Shown: positions 32,472 through 44,692 of the stretch, one piece after another
Numbering within the stretch: position 1 is the first letter of the stretch
Layout of the letters: the number at the start of each line of letters is the position of its first letter
DNA from: an uncultured delta proteobacterium
GTDB lineage: Bacteria; Myxococcota; Myxococcia; Myxococcales; Anaeromyxobacteraceae
DNA: 64,000 nucleotides
NCBI GenBank assembly: GCA_963845515.1
Contig: CAWJSR010000010.1
Span: forward strand, 32,001 to 96,000
Direction of reading: 5' to 3'
Position numbers and translations under genes: made by a program
The notes under the pieces: model-generated
Told to the model about the DNA's origin: nothing
The model's input: only the letters and a program-made list of their open reading frames with translations
The model's database searches: none

Positions 32472-34046
32472 TCAGTGGCGGAAGTGGCGCATCCCGGACG
32501 CCACCATGGCGATGCCCGCCTTGTCGGCAGCGGCGATCACCTCGGCGTCCCGCATCGAGCCGCCGGGCTGGATGATGGCGGTGGCGCCAGCCTTGATGAT
32601 CTCCTCGACGCCATCGGCGAACGGGAAGAAGGCGTCGGACCCGACCGAGGAGCCCTGGATCGGGAGCTGCGCCTTCATCACCGCGGTCTTGACCGACTCG
32701 ACGCGGCTCGTCTGGCCGCCGCCGATGGCGACGGTCCGATCGTCCTTCGCGAAGACGATGGCGTTGGACTTCACGTGCTTGACGACCTTCCACGCGAAGA
32801 GGAGGTCCTTCCACTCCTGCTCGGTCGGGGCGCGCTTCGTCATCAGCTTGCAGTCCTCGCGCTTGATGGAGCCGAGATCGCGATCCATCACGAGGAGGCC
32901 GCCGGTGACCGAGCGGAGCTCCCTGGACTCTTCGGGGCGGCGCTTCCAGCTCGAGCGCGGCTGGCCGAGGCGCGGCGCCTCGAGGACGCGCAGGTTCTTC
33001 TTCACGGCCAGCGCCGCGCGCGCCGCCTCGTCGAAGGACGGGGCGATGACGCACTCGAGGAAGAGCTGGGTCAGCTCGGAGGCCGCCGCCAGGTCGACCG
33101 GGCGGTTGAGGGCGACGATGCCGCCGAAGGCGGAGACGGGATCGCAGGCGCGGGCGAGCGCGAAGGCCTCGCCGAGCGTCTTCGCGACCGCCACGCCGCA
33201 CGGCGTGTTGTGCTTTATGATCACCGCGGCGACGTCGTCGAACTCCTTGACGTTGGCCATCGCCGCCTCGAGGTCGAGGAGGTTGTTGTAGGAGAGCTCC
33301 TTGCCCTGGAGGACCTTCGCGAAGGCGACCGTCGGCTCCTCCGGCTCGCGGCCGGCCTGGTAGAAGGCGCCCGCCTGATGCGGGTTCTCGCCGTACCGGA
33401 GGTCCTGGACCTTCGTGTAGACGGCGCCGAGCGTCGACGGGAAGTGGGCCGGCGCGGCCTCGGGCGTCTCGCGGCTCGTCAGGTACTCGGAGATGGCCGC
33501 GTCGTAGGCCGCCGTGTGGGCGAAGGCCTTCTTCATGAGCATGAAGCGGGTTGCGTCGGAGATGGACTTCGACTTCTCGACCTCGCCGGCGACGACCTCG
33601 TAGTCGGCCGGGTCGACCACGATCCCGACGTGCGCCGAGTTCTTGGCGGCGCTCCGGACCATGGTCGGGCCACCGATGTCGATCTCCTCGACGCAGACGT
33701 CGAACGGCTTGCCGGCCGCCACCGCCTCGCGGAACGGGTAGAGGTTGACGACGACGAGGTCGATCGGCGGGATGTCGCGCGCCTTCACGTCGGCCTCGTC
33801 GGAGGGGAGCCCGCGCCGGTAGAGGATGCCGCCGTGCACGCGCGGGTGGAGCGTCTTCACCCGGCCGCCGAGGATCTCGGGGGCCTGGGTATAGTCCCCG
33901 ACCTGGATCACCGGGATGCCCGCGTCGGCCAGCGCCTTGTGCGTGCCGCCGGTGGAGAGGAGCTCGACGCCGGCGGCGGCGAGCCGCCTGGCGAACGTGA
34001 CGAGGCCGGTCTTGTCGGAGACCGAGAGGAGCGCGCGACGAACCAT
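32472..34046 (-). CDS. purH: Bifunctional AICAR transformylase / IMP cyclohydrolase
   Basis: RALLSVSDKTG, GRVKTLHP, IDIGGP, LRYGENPHQ, SDAFFPF, IIQPGGS, RHFRH. Confidence 0.99.
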   Translation of the reverse strand: MVRRALLSVSDKTGLVTFARRLAAAGVELLSTGGTHKALADAGIPVIQVGDYTQAPEILGGRVKTLHPRVHGGILYRRGLPSDEADVKARDIPPIDLVVVNLYPFREAVAAGKPFDVCVEEIDIGGPTMVRSAAKNSAHVGIVVDPADYEVVAGEVEKSKSISDATRFMLMKKAFAHTAAYDAAISEYLTSRETPEAAPAHFPSTLGAVYTKVQDLRYGENPHQAGAFYQAGREPEEPTVAFAKVLQGKELSYNNLLDLEAAMANVKEFDDVAAVIIKHNTPCGVAVAKTLGEAFALARACDPVSAFGGIVALNRPVDLAAASELTQLFLECVIAPSFDEAARAALAVKKNLRVLEAPRLGQPRSSWKRRPEESRELRSVTGGLLVMDRDLGSIKREDCKLMTKRAPTEQEWKDLLFAWKVVKHVKSNAIVFAKDDRTVAIGGGQTSRVESVKTAVMKAQLPIQGSSVGSDAFFPFADGVEEIIKAGATAIIQPGGSMRDAEVIAAADKAGIAMVASGMRHFRH

Positions 34047-34214
34047 GTGGGGAAACCCTCCGGAGAGAACGCGCCCTTTTAGTCCGCGCCGGGCGGGGAT
34101 TCAAGGCGGGATCGCCGCTCCCCGGAGAAGGATCGGGGTGCGAGCGCCCCACTCGGACACCCCCAGGCGGGCCGCCGCACCGGCTCCGTCCGCCGCATCT
34201 GATAACGGTAGTCC

Positions 34215-36352
34215 ATGGCGCGACAGAAGCCCGGGACGCCTTACCCGCTCGGCGCGACCTGGGACGGACGCGGTGTCAACTTCGCCCTCTTCTCGGAGCA
34301 CGCGGAGGGCGTGGAGCTCTGCCTCTTCGATGACGCCGACCCGGCGGGCGAGAGCCGCCGGGTGAAGCTAACCGAGCAGACCGACGGCGTCTGGCACGCC
34401 TACTTCTCCGACGTCCAGCCCGGCCAGCGCTACGGCTACCGGGTGCACGGCCCCTGGAACCCCGCGGAAGGGCACCTCTTCAACCCGAGCAAGGTCCTGC
34501 TCGATCCCTACGCCAAGGCGATCGGGCGGCCCCTCCGCTGGTCGGACGAGCTGTTCGGGTATCCGATCGGCGCCCCGGAGGAGAACCTCGCCCGGGACGA
34601 GCGGGACAGCGCCCCGTTCGCGCCCCTCGCAGCCGTGGCAGACGAGTCCTTCACGTGGGGCGACGACGCGGCGCCGCGCACCCCGTGGCACCGGACGGTG
34701 ATCTACGAGGCTCACGTGAAGGGGCTGACGCGGCTCCACCCGGAGGTGCCCGAGGCGCTCCGCGGGACGTACGCCGGGCTCGTCTGCGAGCCGGTGCTGC
34801 GGCACCTCGTGGAGCTGGGGGTCACCGCCGTCGAGCTGATGCCGGTCCACCACCACGTCCACGAACGCGCGCTCGTCGAGCGCGGCCTGTCCAACTACTG
34901 GGGCTACAACACCCTCGCCTTCTTCGCGCCCGACCTGCGCTACGCGGTCCACGGCGACCCGCTCAAGTCGCTCCACGAGTTCAAGCGCATGGTCCGCGCG
35001 CTCCACTCCGTCGGGATCGAGGTCATCCTGGACGTCGTCTACAACCACACCGCGGAAGGGAACCACCAGGGCCCGACGCTCTCGATGCGCGGGATCGACA
35101 ACGCGACCTATTACCGGCTCGCCGACGACAAGCGTCGCGCTACGTCGACTACACGGGCTGCGGCAACACGCTCAACATGCGGTCGCCCAGGGTGCTCCAG
35201 CTGATCATGGACAGCCTGCGGTACTGGGCCATGGAGATGCACGTCGATGGCTTCCGCTTCGACCTCGCCAGCGCGCTCGCGCGCGAGCTCCACGAGGTGG
35301 ATCGGCTCTCGGCCTTCTTCGACATCATCCACCAGGATCCGGTCCTCTCGCAGCTCAAGCTGATCGCCGAGCCGTGGGACCTCGGCGAGGGGGGCTACCA
35401 GGTCGGCAACTTCCCCATCGGCTGGACCGAGTGGAACGGCAGGTACCGCGACTCCGTCCGCCGCTTCTGGAAGGGGGACGGCGGGATGGTGAGCGAGCTG
35501 GCGACGCGCCTCGCCGGCTCCGCCGACCTCTACGAGACCAGCGGCCGGCGCCCGTACGCGAGCATCAACTTCGTGACCGCGCACGACGGATTCACCCTGC
35601 ACGACCTCGTCAGCTACGACCACAAGCACAACGAGGCCAACGGCGAGGAGAACCGCGACGGCGCCGACGAGAACTTCAGCTGGAACTGCGGCGCCGAGGG
35701 GCCCACCGAGGATCACGCCATCGGCGAGCTGCGCGCGCAGCAGCGGCGGAACCTGCTGGCCTCGCTCCTCTTCTCGCAGGGCGTGCCGATGCTCCTCGCC
35801 GGCGACGAGCTGGGGCGGACCCAGGGGGGCAACAACAACGCCTACTGCCTCGACGACGAGACCAGCTGGATCCACTGGGACCTCGACGAGCGGAGGCAGG
35901 GGCTCATCGACTTCGTCCGGCTGCTCGTCGCGATCCGGCGCGACCACCCCGTCCTGCACCGGCGGAGCTTCTTCCAGGGGCGCCCGATCCGCGGTGGGAA
36001 GGACATCGCCTGGCTGCAGCCCTCGGGGAAGGAGATGACGGACGAGGCGTGGCACCGCGGCTTCGCCCGCTGCCTCGGCGCCCTCCTGGTCGGCGACGCC
36101 GTCGACGAGGTGGACGAGGACGGGAACCCCGTCCGGGACGACACCCTCCTCCTCCTGCTCAACGGGCACCACTCGCTCAGGCTCTTCGCGCTGCCGCCGG
36201 TCGATCGATCCCGGTGGGAGACCCTGATCGACACGAGCGAGGCGGTCCACGGCGATGCGGTGCGCTGGCACCAGCACCGGTACCGGATGGCCGGCCGCTC
36301 CCTGGCGCTCCTCGTCGCGCGCAGCGAGCGGCGGCGCGCGAGGCGAGGTTGA
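34215..36352 (+). CDS. glgX: Glycogen debranching enzyme GlgX/TreX (frameshift near 35135)
   Basis: [56 protein letters not shown]. Confidence 0.96.
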
Positions 36353-38151
36353 CCCACGGCCCCGGCCTCGGCGCCGTCGTCGCGGGGGGCGCGACCCGGT
36401 TCCGGGTCTGGGCTCCGGGCGCGGATCGGGTCGAGACGCTGATCGAGGGGCGCGGCGTCCACCCCCTGTCCCCGAGCGGCGGCGGCCACCACGAGGCGGT
36501 GATCCCCGGCGTCGGCCCGGGTGCCCTGTACCGGCTGCGGGTCGACGGTCGCGGCCCCTTCCCCGACCCGGCGTCACGCGCGCAGCCGGAGGGAGTCCAC
36601 GGCCCGTCGATGGTGATCGACCCTTCGGCGTTCGGCTGGACCGACGCCGCCTGGCCTGGCGTCCCCCTGCGCGACCTCGTCATCTACGAGCTTCACGTCG
36701 GCACCTTCAGCCCGGCGGGGACCTTCGCCGGAGCCGCCGCGCTCCTGCCTGCGCTGCGCGAGCTGGGGGTCACCGCCATCGAGCTGATGCCGCTCGCCGA
36801 CTTCCCCGGGCGCCGGAGCTGGGGCTACGACGGCGTCTCACTGTTCGCGCCGGCCCGCTGCTACGGCACGCCGGACGATCTTCGGCGGCTGGTGGACGAG
36901 GCCCACCGGCTCGGCCTGGGGGTGCTCGTCGACGTCGTCTACAACCACCTCGGGCCGGACGGGAACCACCTCGCCGCGATCAGCCCCCACTACTTCACGC
37001 ACCGGCACCAGACGCCCTGGGGCGACGCGATCAACTACGACGGCGAGGGGAGCGAAGGGGCCCGCGACTTCGTGGCCGAGAACGCGCTCCACTGGATCCG
37101 CGAGTACCACGCGGACGGCCTGCGGCTCGACGCGACCCACGCCATCGTCGACGACTCGCCCCTCCACGTCCTGGCGGAGCTCGTCGCCCGCGTGCGGGCC
37201 GAGGCGGGCCGCCCGGCGCTGATCATCGCCGAGGACGAGCGAAACCTGGTGACGCTGATCCGCCAGCCTGGCGACGGTGGAATGGGGCTCGACGCCGTCT
37301 GGGCGGACGACTTCCACCATCAGGTCCGGGCGCGCCTGGCCGGCGACCGCGACGGGTACTTCGCCGACTTCACCGGCGCGGTCGAGCCGCTCGCGGAGAC
37401 GCTGCGGCGAGGCTGGCTCTTCACCGGGCAGCTCTCGCGATTCCACGGCGCACCGCGCGGCACCGATCCGGCCGGGCTGCCGCGCGAGCGCTTCGTCGTC
37501 TGCGTCCAGAACCACGATCAGGTCGGGAATCGCGCCTTCGGCGACCGGATCCACCAGGGGATCGACGCCGCGGCGTGGCGCGCCGCCGTCGCGCTCCTGC
37601 TCCTCACTCCGGAGACCCCACTCCTCTTCCAGGGGCAGGAGTGGGCAGCCTCGACGCCGTTCCTCTACTTCACCGATCACGAGCCGGCGCTGGGACGGCT
37701 CGTCACGGAGGGGCGCCGGCGGGAGTTCGCCCGCTTCACCGCCTTCGCCGACCCGGCCACCCGGGAGCGGATCCCCGACCCGCAGGCCGACGCGACCTTC
37801 GAGGCGAGCAGGCTCCGCTGGGAGGAGCGCTCACGTGAACCGCACGCGTCGTCGCTCCGTCTGCACCGCGCCCTCCTCTCCCTCCGGCGCACCGCGCTGA
37901 CCCCCCGCTTCGACCGCTTCGACGCGGTGGCCGTGCCGCCCGGCGGGCTCCTGCTCAGGATCGGCGAGCTGGCCGCTGCGGTCTGGCTGGAGGGGCGCGG
38001 CGAGGTCGAGGTCAGCGGAGTCGGCGCCAGGGTCCTGCTCTCGACCGAGGACCCGGCCTTCGCGATCGAGCCGGAGCCCGTCGAGATCGTGCGGTCGGAG
38101 GGCGCGACCCGGCTGCGCTTCGGCCGACCCGGGGCGCTGGTGCTCTCCTGA
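36349..38151 (+). CDS. treZ: Malto-oligosyltrehalose trehalohydrolase
   Basis: [54 protein letters not shown]. Confidence 0.96.
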   Translation: MTHGPGLGAVVAGGATRFRVWAPGADRVETLIEGRGVHPLSPSGGGHHEAVIPGVGPGALYRLRVDGRGPFPDPASRAQPEGVHGPSMVIDPSAFGWTDAAWPGVPLRDLVIYELHVGTFSPAGTFAGAAALLPALRELGVTAIELMPLADFPGRRSWGYDGVSLFAPARCYGTPDDLRRLVDEAHRLGLGVLVDVVYNHLGPDGNHLAAISPHYFTHRHQTPWGDAINYDGEGSEGARDFVAENALHWIREYHADGLRLDATHAIVDDSPLHVLAELVARVRAEAGRPALIIAEDERNLVTLIRQPGDGGMGLDAVWADDFHHQVRARLAGDRDGYFADFTGAVEPLAETLRRGWLFTGQLSRFHGAPRGTDPAGLPRERFVVCVQNHDQVGNRAFGDRIHQGIDAAAWRAAVALLLLTPETPLLFQGQEWAASTPFLYFTDHEPALGRLVTEGRRREFARFTAFADPATRERIPDPQADATFEASRLRWEERSREPHASSLRLHRALLSLRRTALTPRFDRFDAVAVPPGGLLLRIGELAAAVWLEGRGEVEVSGVGARVLLSTEDPAFAIEPEPVEIVRSEGATRLRFGRPGALVLS

Positions 38152-38157
38152 GCCGGA

Positions 38158-41139
38158 TCAGGCCGGGGGGGAGACGAGCAGCGCCACCGGGAAGTCGGCC
38201 AGCGCCTCCGCCACGTCGAGCGTCCCCGTCGTGCGGACGGCGCCGGTCACCGCGTCCTGGAGGGGCCCGCCGGGGAGGGCGAGTCGAGCGCGGAGCGGCC
38301 GGGGCCGCAGCGCGTCGTCGAGCTGCCCCAGGAAGAGCCGTGGCGCGATGCAGACCAGCCACCGGTCATCGAGCCTCCTCGCGAACGCGACGACGCGGTC
38401 CGCATCGTCCCCCTCCGCGGGCAGCGGTTCGTAGCCGCCCCTCAGGAAGAGGCCCGGATCGTCCCGGCGCAGCCGCAGCCCGCTCGCGAGGAGCAGGAGC
38501 TTGGCGCGCCCGTCGGCCAGCGCCTCGGGGGCCGAGAGCTCGCGCGCCAGGACGAGCCGGTCGCGGGCGGCGTCGAGCTCGTCGAGGAGCCTGGAGCGCA
38601 GCTCGAAGTCGACGGGGCGCCTGTTGTCGGGATCTACCAGCGAGAGGTCCCAGAGCTCGGTCCCCTGGTAGGTGTCGGGCACTCCGGGGCTGGCCAGCTT
38701 CAGCGCGACCTGCGAGAGCGAGGAGAGGCGGGCCGCCGCCGCGACCCGGCGGACCAGGTACCCTGCGCTCTCCAGAAACGGCGCGGACCCGAGGATCGAG
38801 GCGACGAACCCGTGGACCGCCTCCTCCCACGCGAGCTCCGGGCGCGTCCAGCTGGTGTGGACCTTCGCCTCCCGGAGCGCCTTGAGCGCGTAGGACTGCA
38901 GTCGGTCGACGTACGCCTCCCACCCCGGCGCGCCGATCGCGGCGCCGTCCGGGAGCGTTCCGACGATCGTCTGGTAGAGGAGGGTCTCCTCCTCGCGGTC
39001 CGGAGCGCGCTCTCCGTCGATCTCCCGGCCGAACCGCCGGTGTGCCCGGCTCCAGTCCCGGACCTGGTCCCACCAGCCACCTCCCATCTCCGAGAGGGCG
39101 TCGATCCGCAGCCTCGTGTCCTCGCTCCGCTTGGTGTCATGTGTCGTGGTGGCGAGCATCGAGCCCGGCCAGCGCTCCAGCCGCGCCCCGTTCTGCCTGT
39201 GGAAGGCGGCGGGGGCGACGCCGAAGCGAGCAGGATCGCCCCCGACCTCGTTGAGCGAGGCGAGCCGGAGGTAGCTGTAGAAGGCGGTGTCCTCCAGCGC
39301 CTTCGCGCTGATCGCCCCGGTGATCTGCTGGAGCTTGAGGGTGAACTCGAGCCGGTCATGCCGCGCTGGGTCGCCCAGGTGCTCTGGTGACTGCTGCAGC
39401 AGGACGTCGCGGAGGAAGTCGAAGATCGAAGGATCGAGCAGGTAGGCCCGGCGCCGGGCGCGGGCGATGGTGGCCTCTACGTAGCCGCGATCCTGGGCCT
39501 CTACCTCGCCGCGAGGGCCGACGTACGTCCTGTAGATCGGGAGCAGGGCCAGATACTCGATCAGGGCACGGGTCAGCTCGGCGTGGGTGAAGTCCCGCGT
39601 CCGCCGGTCGGTCTCCGCGGCGCGCTCCAGCCGCCGCGCCAGCATCTGCACCTCGCTCGCCATGAGCGAGGTGCAGACCAGCCGCCGGGAGGCCTGCGCG
39701 ACCTCGGAGAAGGGCACGCGCTGCCCCCGGAAGCGGGCGTGTCGCGTCGCGAAGACCCTGGCAGCGGTCGAGTCGACGAAGAGCCCGTTCACGGCGTTCA
39801 GGAACTCGTACCCGGTCGTCCCGTGGACGGCCCAGGACTCGGGCATCACCTCGTCCGCCGCCAGGATCTTCTCGGCGACGACGTAGAGCGGCAGAGACGG
39901 ACTCCGGATGCGCGCCAGCCTCTCCGCGAGCCGCTCGGCGCGCGCACGCCGTACGCCAGGATCGGTCGCACCCCCGCCCTCCTCCTCGCCCGGCTCGGCG
40001 CGCCGTGCCAGGACCGTCGCCTGGAGCCGGCGGAAGTAGCCGGGGGGATCGTAGAGGCCGTCCGGGTGGTCGATCCGGAGCCCGGTGATCGCGCCGGCCT
40101 CGACGAGGTCCAGCAGCAGCCGGTGCGAGTCCTCGAAGACCGAAGGCTCCTCCATCCGGATCGCCGCCAGCCCGTTGACGTCGAAGAAGCGGCGGTAGTT
40201 GATCTCGTCCCCGGCGACGCGCCAGTGGGCGAGCCGGTAGCCCTGCTCGTCGAGCAGCGCGTGAAGCCGGTCGAAGCTCCGCGGGTCGCCGGGCGACCCG
40301 TTGAAGGCGGCGACGGCGGCGTCCACGTGCCGTGCGACCCGCTCGCTCTCGGCACAGAGCGCCGCGAGGCGCCGCCTGGCCACCTCCTTCTCGCGAGTCC
40401 GCTCGATCACGGCCGCGGGCTCGGTCGCGTCGCGCGGCGCCAGCTTCTCGAGCGCCGCGCAGACGCTCTCCAGCTCCTGGAGGCTCGGGTGGGCCGCGCC
40501 CAGATCGGCGGCGAGGGTCTGCAGATCGTGACGGAGCAGCGTCGGGACCGTGCGCGGCGCGATGGGGAACCGGTGGTCGAAGTAGCGCAGGAGGAAGGTG
40601 CCGCCGTCCCGCACGAGCCCCAGCTCGCCGCGCTCGAGCACCGCCCCGTACTGGTCGGCGAGGAGCGGGAGCAGGACCTTGTCGGCCAGCTCCTCCTTCC
40701 GCGGCCTCCAGTCGATGTCGAAGCGGTGCGCCTCCACCGATGACGGCCCGTCTTCGAGGACGGCCATCCACCAGCCATTCTCGGCGCCGATCCCCATGTG
40801 GTTGGGGACGAAGTCCACGATCAACCCGAGGTCGGTGGCGGCGACCGCCTCGCGAAGCGCGGCGAACCCATCGCTGCCTCCCAGCGAGGTGGAGAGCCGC
40901 GCGTGATCGACCACGTCGTAGCCGTGGACGCTGCCTGGCGCCGCCTCCAGGATCGGGGAGACATAGAGCGCGTCCGCTCCGAGCCGCACCAGGTAAGGGA
41001 CCACGGCGGCTGCCTCGCGAAACCCGAAGCCGGAGCCGAGCTGGAGCCGGTACGTGGAGGCGGGAACGCGCGCGGCCCCGGCAGGATCCGCGAGCGCGGA
41101 GGCCAGCCGCCCGAAGATCCGGTCTTCCTCGTCAGCCAT
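38158..41139 (-). CDS. treY: Malto-oligosyltrehalose synthase
   Basis: [60 protein letters not shown]. Confidence 0.97.
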   Translation of the reverse strand: MADEEDRIFGRLASALADPAGAARVPASTYRLQLGSGFGFREAAAVVPYLVRLGADALYVSPILEAAPGSVHGYDVVDHARLSTSLGGSDGFAALREAVAATDLGLIVDFVPNHMGIGAENGWWMAVLEDGPSSVEAHRFDIDWRPRKEELADKVLLPLLADQYGAVLERGELGLVRDGGTFLLRYFDHRFPIAPRTVPTLLRHDLQTLAADLGAAHPSLQELESVCAALEKLAPRDATEPAAVIERTREKEVARRRLAALCAESERVARHVDAAVAAFNGSPGDPRSFDRLHALLDEQGYRLAHWRVAGDEINYRRFFDVNGLAAIRMEEPSVFEDSHRLLLDLVEAGAITGLRIDHPDGLYDPPGYFRRLQATVLARRAEPGEEEGGGATDPGVRRARAERLAERLARIRSPSLPLYVVAEKILAADEVMPESWAVHGTTGYEFLNAVNGLFVDSTAARVFATRHARFRGQRVPFSEVAQASRRLVCTSLMASEVQMLARRLERAAETDRRTRDFTHAELTRALIEYLALLPIYRTYVGPRGEVEAQDRGYVEATIARARRRAYLLDPSIFDFLRDVLLQQSPEHLGDPARHDRLEFTLKLQQITGAISAKALEDTAFYSYLRLASLNEVGGDPARFGVAPAAFHRQNGARLERWPGSMLATTTHDTKRSEDTRLRIDALSEMGGGWWDQVRDWSRAHRRFGREIDGERAPDREEETLLYQTIVGTLPDGAAIGAPGWEAYVDRLQSYALKALREAKVHTSWTRPELAWEEAVHGFVASILGSAPFLESAGYLVRRVAAAARLSSLSQVALKLASPGVPDTYQGTELWDLSLVDPDNRRPVDFELRSRLLDELDAARDRLVLARELSAPEALADGRAKLLLLASGLRLRRDDPGLFLRGGYEPLPAEGDDADRVVAFARRLDDRWLVCIAPRLFLGQLDDALRPRPLRARLALPGGPLQDAVTGAVRTTGTLDVAEALADFPVALLVSPPA

Positions 41140-41206
41140 GCCGTCCTCCGATCGGAGTCCACCTGCAGCCCCAGCGCGGCGTGATCGGCTCCCGCCGCGC
41201 CGGCGC

Positions 41207-41665
41207 TCAGCCCCCCAGCAGCCCGGCGCCCCCGACCCAGAGCGCCGCGCCGAAGCCGGCGATGTAGCGGGCCTCGGCCGGCTTCAGCGCCCAGAGCTGG
41301 AAGCCGAGCTCCAGGTACATGGACGCGTCAGGGTGGCGCGCGAGGAAGCGCGCCCGCGCGGCCGCCTCGGGCTCCCCCTCCAGGCGCCGCGCGATGCCGA
41401 TGAGGGTCGCGCGCGCCGACTGCTGCAGATCGCCCTCGGTCGGGTCCTGCACGAGCAGCGAGGCGCGCGGGTCGCTGACGAGGTTCTTCGTGTGCTGCGC
41501 GAGGTGGGAGATCAAGAAGACGGGCTCACCATCGGCAGACGAGGCGAGCTGGACCAGCGAGCCGTACGGGTAGCCGGCCGGCTTCAGGCTGATCGTCGAG
41601 AGCAGGCCGTGGCGCGCCTCGCGCACCAGCTTGCGGACCGCCTCGGCGGCATCGGATCCAGCCAC
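41207..41665 (-). CDS. Pyridoxamine 5'-phosphate oxidase-like (HugZ-like) split-barrel protein
   Basis: GYPYGSLV, LISHLAQHTKNL..DPRASLLV, RYIAGFGAALWV. Confidence 0.88.
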   Translation of the reverse strand: MAGSDAAEAVRKLVREARHGLLSTISLKPAGYPYGSLVQLASSADGEPVFLISHLAQHTKNLVSDPRASLLVQDPTEGDLQQSARATLIGIARRLEGEPEAAARARFLARHPDASMYLELGFQLWALKPAEARYIAGFGAALWVGGAGLLGG

Positions 41666-41733
41666 AGTCGCGCCCTCCCGCGGCCCATCCGGGGCCACGG
41701 GGACGATCCTACCGCTTCGCGTCGGCGCGAGCC

Positions 41734-42279
41734 CTAGTCCTCGTCGTTCGGGCCGTAGACGACCGGCTCGAAGGGCTGGCCGGAGCGGGGCTCCTCCTCG
41801 GCCATCGCGCGGAGCTTGAGCAGGCCGCGCGTCTCGACCTGGCGGATCCGCTCGCGCGTGAGGTTCATGATGGTGCCGACCTCCTCCAGCGTGATGCCGC
41901 CGCGATCTGCGACGTCCAGCGCGCAGGTGTCGGCCAGCTCCCAGACTTCCTTGTCGGGGAAGTTGAGCTTGATGGATCCCGTCGCCGGGTTCACGTCCAG
42001 GTAGAGGTGGTGCTTGCACGCGATGAACATGCACGGGCGTGGCCCCGCCCCGCAGTCCGCGCGCGACCGCGGACGGGTCGCCTCGATCTCCTTCATCGTG
42101 GCGTCCAGCTCGGGGTCGATCAGCCCGAACGCGCGCTGACGCCGGAGCTCGCGCGCGATCTCCTTGCGCGACATCGTCCTGGAGCGATGCCGCTCCGGCT
42201 TGCCGTCGTCCAGCTCACCGACCTCCGGGTTCACCGGCTCCGCCACCGGGATCCGCTCGCTCCGCTTCGCCTCGCTCAT
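41734..42279 (-). CDS. Cys-rich domain plus sigma70 region 4 HTH protein (no region 2)
   Basis: [18 protein letters not shown]...TCALD followed by [36 protein letters not shown]. Confidence 0.85.
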   Translation of the reverse strand: MSEAKRSERIPVAEPVNPEVGELDDGKPERHRSRTMSRKEIARELRRQRAFGLIDPELDATMKEIEATRPRSRADCGAGPRPCMFIACKHHLYLDVNPATGSIKLNFPDKEVWELADTCALDVADRGGITLEEVGTIMNLTRERIRQVETRGLLKLRAMAEEEPRSGQPFEPVVYGPNDED

Positions 42280-42354
42280 CCCCGACCTCCATCCCCTGCG
42301 CCCCACCGGGCGCCCTGACACCTGCCCCTGGCGCCGCCCCGCGGCGCCGCGGTC

Positions 42355-42861
42355 TCACGCGACCCGCGCGGCCTCCGCCGCCGGGATCGTCGCGACCGCA
42401 CCACCCACCCTCTCCATCCTCTTGAGCGCCGCCAGCGCCGCCCGCTCCGCCACCCGAAGCTCCGCCTCATAGGCCCGGCGCCGAGGGTGCTCCTGCACCT
42501 TCCGGCCGAGATCGGCGACCAGCTCCGCCAGCCCCTGCTCCACGTCCTCGAGCCGGTTGCGCACCGTGAGGAAGCTGCCGCGGATGTCCTCGACCGTGTA
42601 GCCCTCGGCCATCATCCGCTTGATGAGCTCGATGCGCCGCACGATCGCGACGGGGTAGAGCCCGGTCGATCCGGCGTGCTTGCCCTTCCGGCCGACGCGC
42701 CTGGATCGCGGCAGGAGCCCCTGCTGCACGTACTTCCTGAAGGTCGCCTCCGAGAGCCGCGCGCCGCGCGCCTCGAACAGCCGCACCACCTCCGCGCTCG
42801 TGATCCCGCCGGCGCGCTCGCGCTCGATCCGGACCAGCTCGTCTTCGCGCAGATATTCCAT
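42355..42861 (-). CDS. MerR-like HTH regulator
   Basis: LSEATFRKYVQQGLLPRSRRVG...GLYP..VRRIELIKRMMAEGYTVEDIR, then coiled coil. Confidence 0.82.
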   Translation of the reverse strand: MEYLREDELVRIERERAGGITSAEVVRLFEARGARLSEATFRKYVQQGLLPRSRRVGRKGKHAGSTGLYPVAIVRRIELIKRMMAEGYTVEDIRGSFLTVRNRLEDVEQGLAELVADLGRKVQEHPRRRAYEAELRVAERAALAALKRMERVGGAVATIPAAEAARVA

Positions 42862-42905
42862 TCGATCGATTACTCTCGTTATTCTCTCTCGAAAAGTTGA
42901 TTCAG

Positions 42906-42934
42906 AGACTAGTCAATTCAGTAGATTTCGTCAA
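42906..42934 (-). promoter_or_regulatory. Sigma70 promoter in an AT-rich island upstream of the MerR-like gene
   Basis: TTGACG (42934-42929), 17 nt, TAGTCT (42911-42906). Confidence 0.7.
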
Positions 42935-43061
42935 CGGCGCCGCGCTCCAGGGCGAGGCCCTGAAGGGTCGGGCGTGGCGGCGGATGTGGGGGCAGGTGCG
43001 ATCGCGCCCCTCACCGCGGCGGGCGGGAGGGGCGCGTCAGCGACCGGACTTCAGGGAGGGG

Positions 43062-44603
43062 TCAGCGCCCGAGGCGCGGGAACCAGCCGGTGCGCCGTCC
43101 GGCGACGATCTCGACCGTGCTCTCGACGGCGCCGAGCCTCGGATGCACTGCGCGAACCCGGTGGCTCCCGGCCTGGAGCCGGAGCTCGCGCGGCGTGTCG
43201 CCCATCTGACGGCCGTCGACGACGAGGGTCGCCCAGGGGACCGCGTTGACCGACAGGAGCCCCTCGCCGCTCGCAGGTGGAGGGAGCGCCATCCCGAAGA
43301 TCGGCGCGCCGCGCCCCCGCGTGGCGTGGGGCGCTGCGACGCCCATCGGCGCCGCGGCAGCTGGGCCTGGACCTGGCGGTGGCTGCTGCAGGTCGACGGG
43401 CGGGGGTGCCGCTGCGGCCGACGCCACGGGCGCGGAGCCAGCCGCCACGACCGCGGGGCGCTGACCGCCGCCGGCCCGGACGCCGCGCCATGCCCCCACC
43501 CCGACCGCCGTGGCGACGCCTCCCACCCCCAGCGCGACCCAGAGCCGCCATCCCTGCACCGCCCGCCGTCCGACCGCCAGCGTGCGCGTCTCGTCGACCG
43601 ACGGCTCGGCGGCGATCGGCGCCACCGGCTCCTCCGCCGGCGGCGGGCGGCGCAGGGTCGGCTCGGGGAGCGGCGCCGTCGCGCGCTGACCCTCGGGCCA
43701 GAGCTGGTGCATCAACGAGCGGAGCTCCCAGTCCAGCGGCGAGCGGGAGAGCTGCAGCAGCATGGCCCTCAGCTCCGCGGCCAGCGTGCGGGCGCTGGCG
43801 GCGCGCCGCTCCGGATCGCGCTCGAGGCAGCGGAGCACGAGGTCGTCGAGCGCCGGAGGGATCCCCTCGTTCCAGGAGGACGGCGCGGACGGCGCGGGGC
43901 CCCGGAGCACCACGTCCAGGGTGGCCGCCTCCGACTCGCGGACGAAGAGGCGCGTTCCGGTCAGCAGCTCCCACAGGACCACGCCGAGCGAGAACAGATT
44001 GGCGCGGGCGTCCGCCGGCTCACCACGCGCCTGCTCCGGCGCCACGTAGGCCAGCTTCCCCTCCAGCGTCCCGGGGCGCGTGAGCCCAGCGCGGTTCGCA
44101 GCCCGCGCGATCCCGAAGTCGGTGAGCTTCACCTCCCCCTCCCAGGAGACCAGGACGTTGTGCGGGGAGACGTCGCGGTGGACGAGGCCGGGGACGCCGT
44201 CCTCGGCCGGCTGATGGGCGTAGGCGAGCGCCGTGGCAACCTCGGCGGCGACGAAGACCGCGCGGGCGGTGCCGAAGCGGAGCCCGCGCTCCCTGCAGCG
44301 GTCCACGACGCGGCCGAGGTGGTGGCCGCGGACCAGCTCCATGGCGATGTAGTGCCGCCCCGCGGCCTGGTCGAACTCGAAGATCTGGACGACGTTTGCG
44401 TGGGTGAGCCGCGCCGCGAGCCGCGCCTCCCGCACGAACATCGCCACGAACTCCGACGAGCTCGCGTGCTCTCCGCGGACGAGCTTCAGCGCGACCTCCT
44501 TGCGCACCCCCTCCGCGCCGACGACCTCCGCGCGGAAGACGTCCGCCATCCCGCCCGTGGCGAGCCGCTCGAGGATCCTGTAACGGCCGATCTCACGCAC
44601 CAT
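43062..44603 (-). CDS. Hanks-type Ser/Thr protein kinase with TM helix and C-terminal PEGA-like domain
   Basis: LATGGMADV, VALK, HRDVSPHNV, DFGIA, YVAPEQ; TM; LSVNAVPWATLVVDG..GDTP. Confidence 0.93.
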   Translation of the reverse strand: MVREIGRYRILERLATGGMADVFRAEVVGAEGVRKEVALKLVRGEHASSSEFVAMFVREARLAARLTHANVVQIFEFDQAAGRHYIAMELVRGHHLGRVVDRCRERGLRFGTARAVFVAAEVATALAYAHQPAEDGVPGLVHRDVSPHNVLVSWEGEVKLTDFGIARAANRAGLTRPGTLEGKLAYVAPEQARGEPADARANLFSLGVVLWELLTGTRLFVRESEAATLDVVLRGPAPSAPSSWNEGIPPALDDLVLRCLERDPERRAASARTLAAELRAMLLQLSRSPLDWELRSLMHQLWPEGQRATAPLPEPTLRRPPPAEEPVAPIAAEPSVDETRTLAVGRRAVQGWRLWVALGVGGVATAVGVGAWRGVRAGGGQRPAVVAAGSAPVASAAAAPPPVDLQQPPPGPGPAAAAPMGVAAPHATRGRGAPIFGMALPPPASGEGLLSVNAVPWATLVVDGRQMGDTPRELRLQAGSHRVRAVHPRLGAVESTVEIVAGRRTGWFPRLGR

Positions 44604-44692
44604 ACGTGAAGTCTACTCCACCCGAGGGAGGAGGCCAGCAGGACGTAAGGCAGCGGCGTGCGGCGGCGTGCGCCACGTGCTACGAAGGCCGG

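Noticed and set aside
27612..34082. Very long plus-strand ORFs (1087, 1136 and 664 aa) and similar shadow ORFs elsewhere
   Set aside because: Antisense or alternate-frame shadows of lptF, purD, the TPR gene and purH caused by high GC; Arg/Pro/Ala-rich with no motifs.
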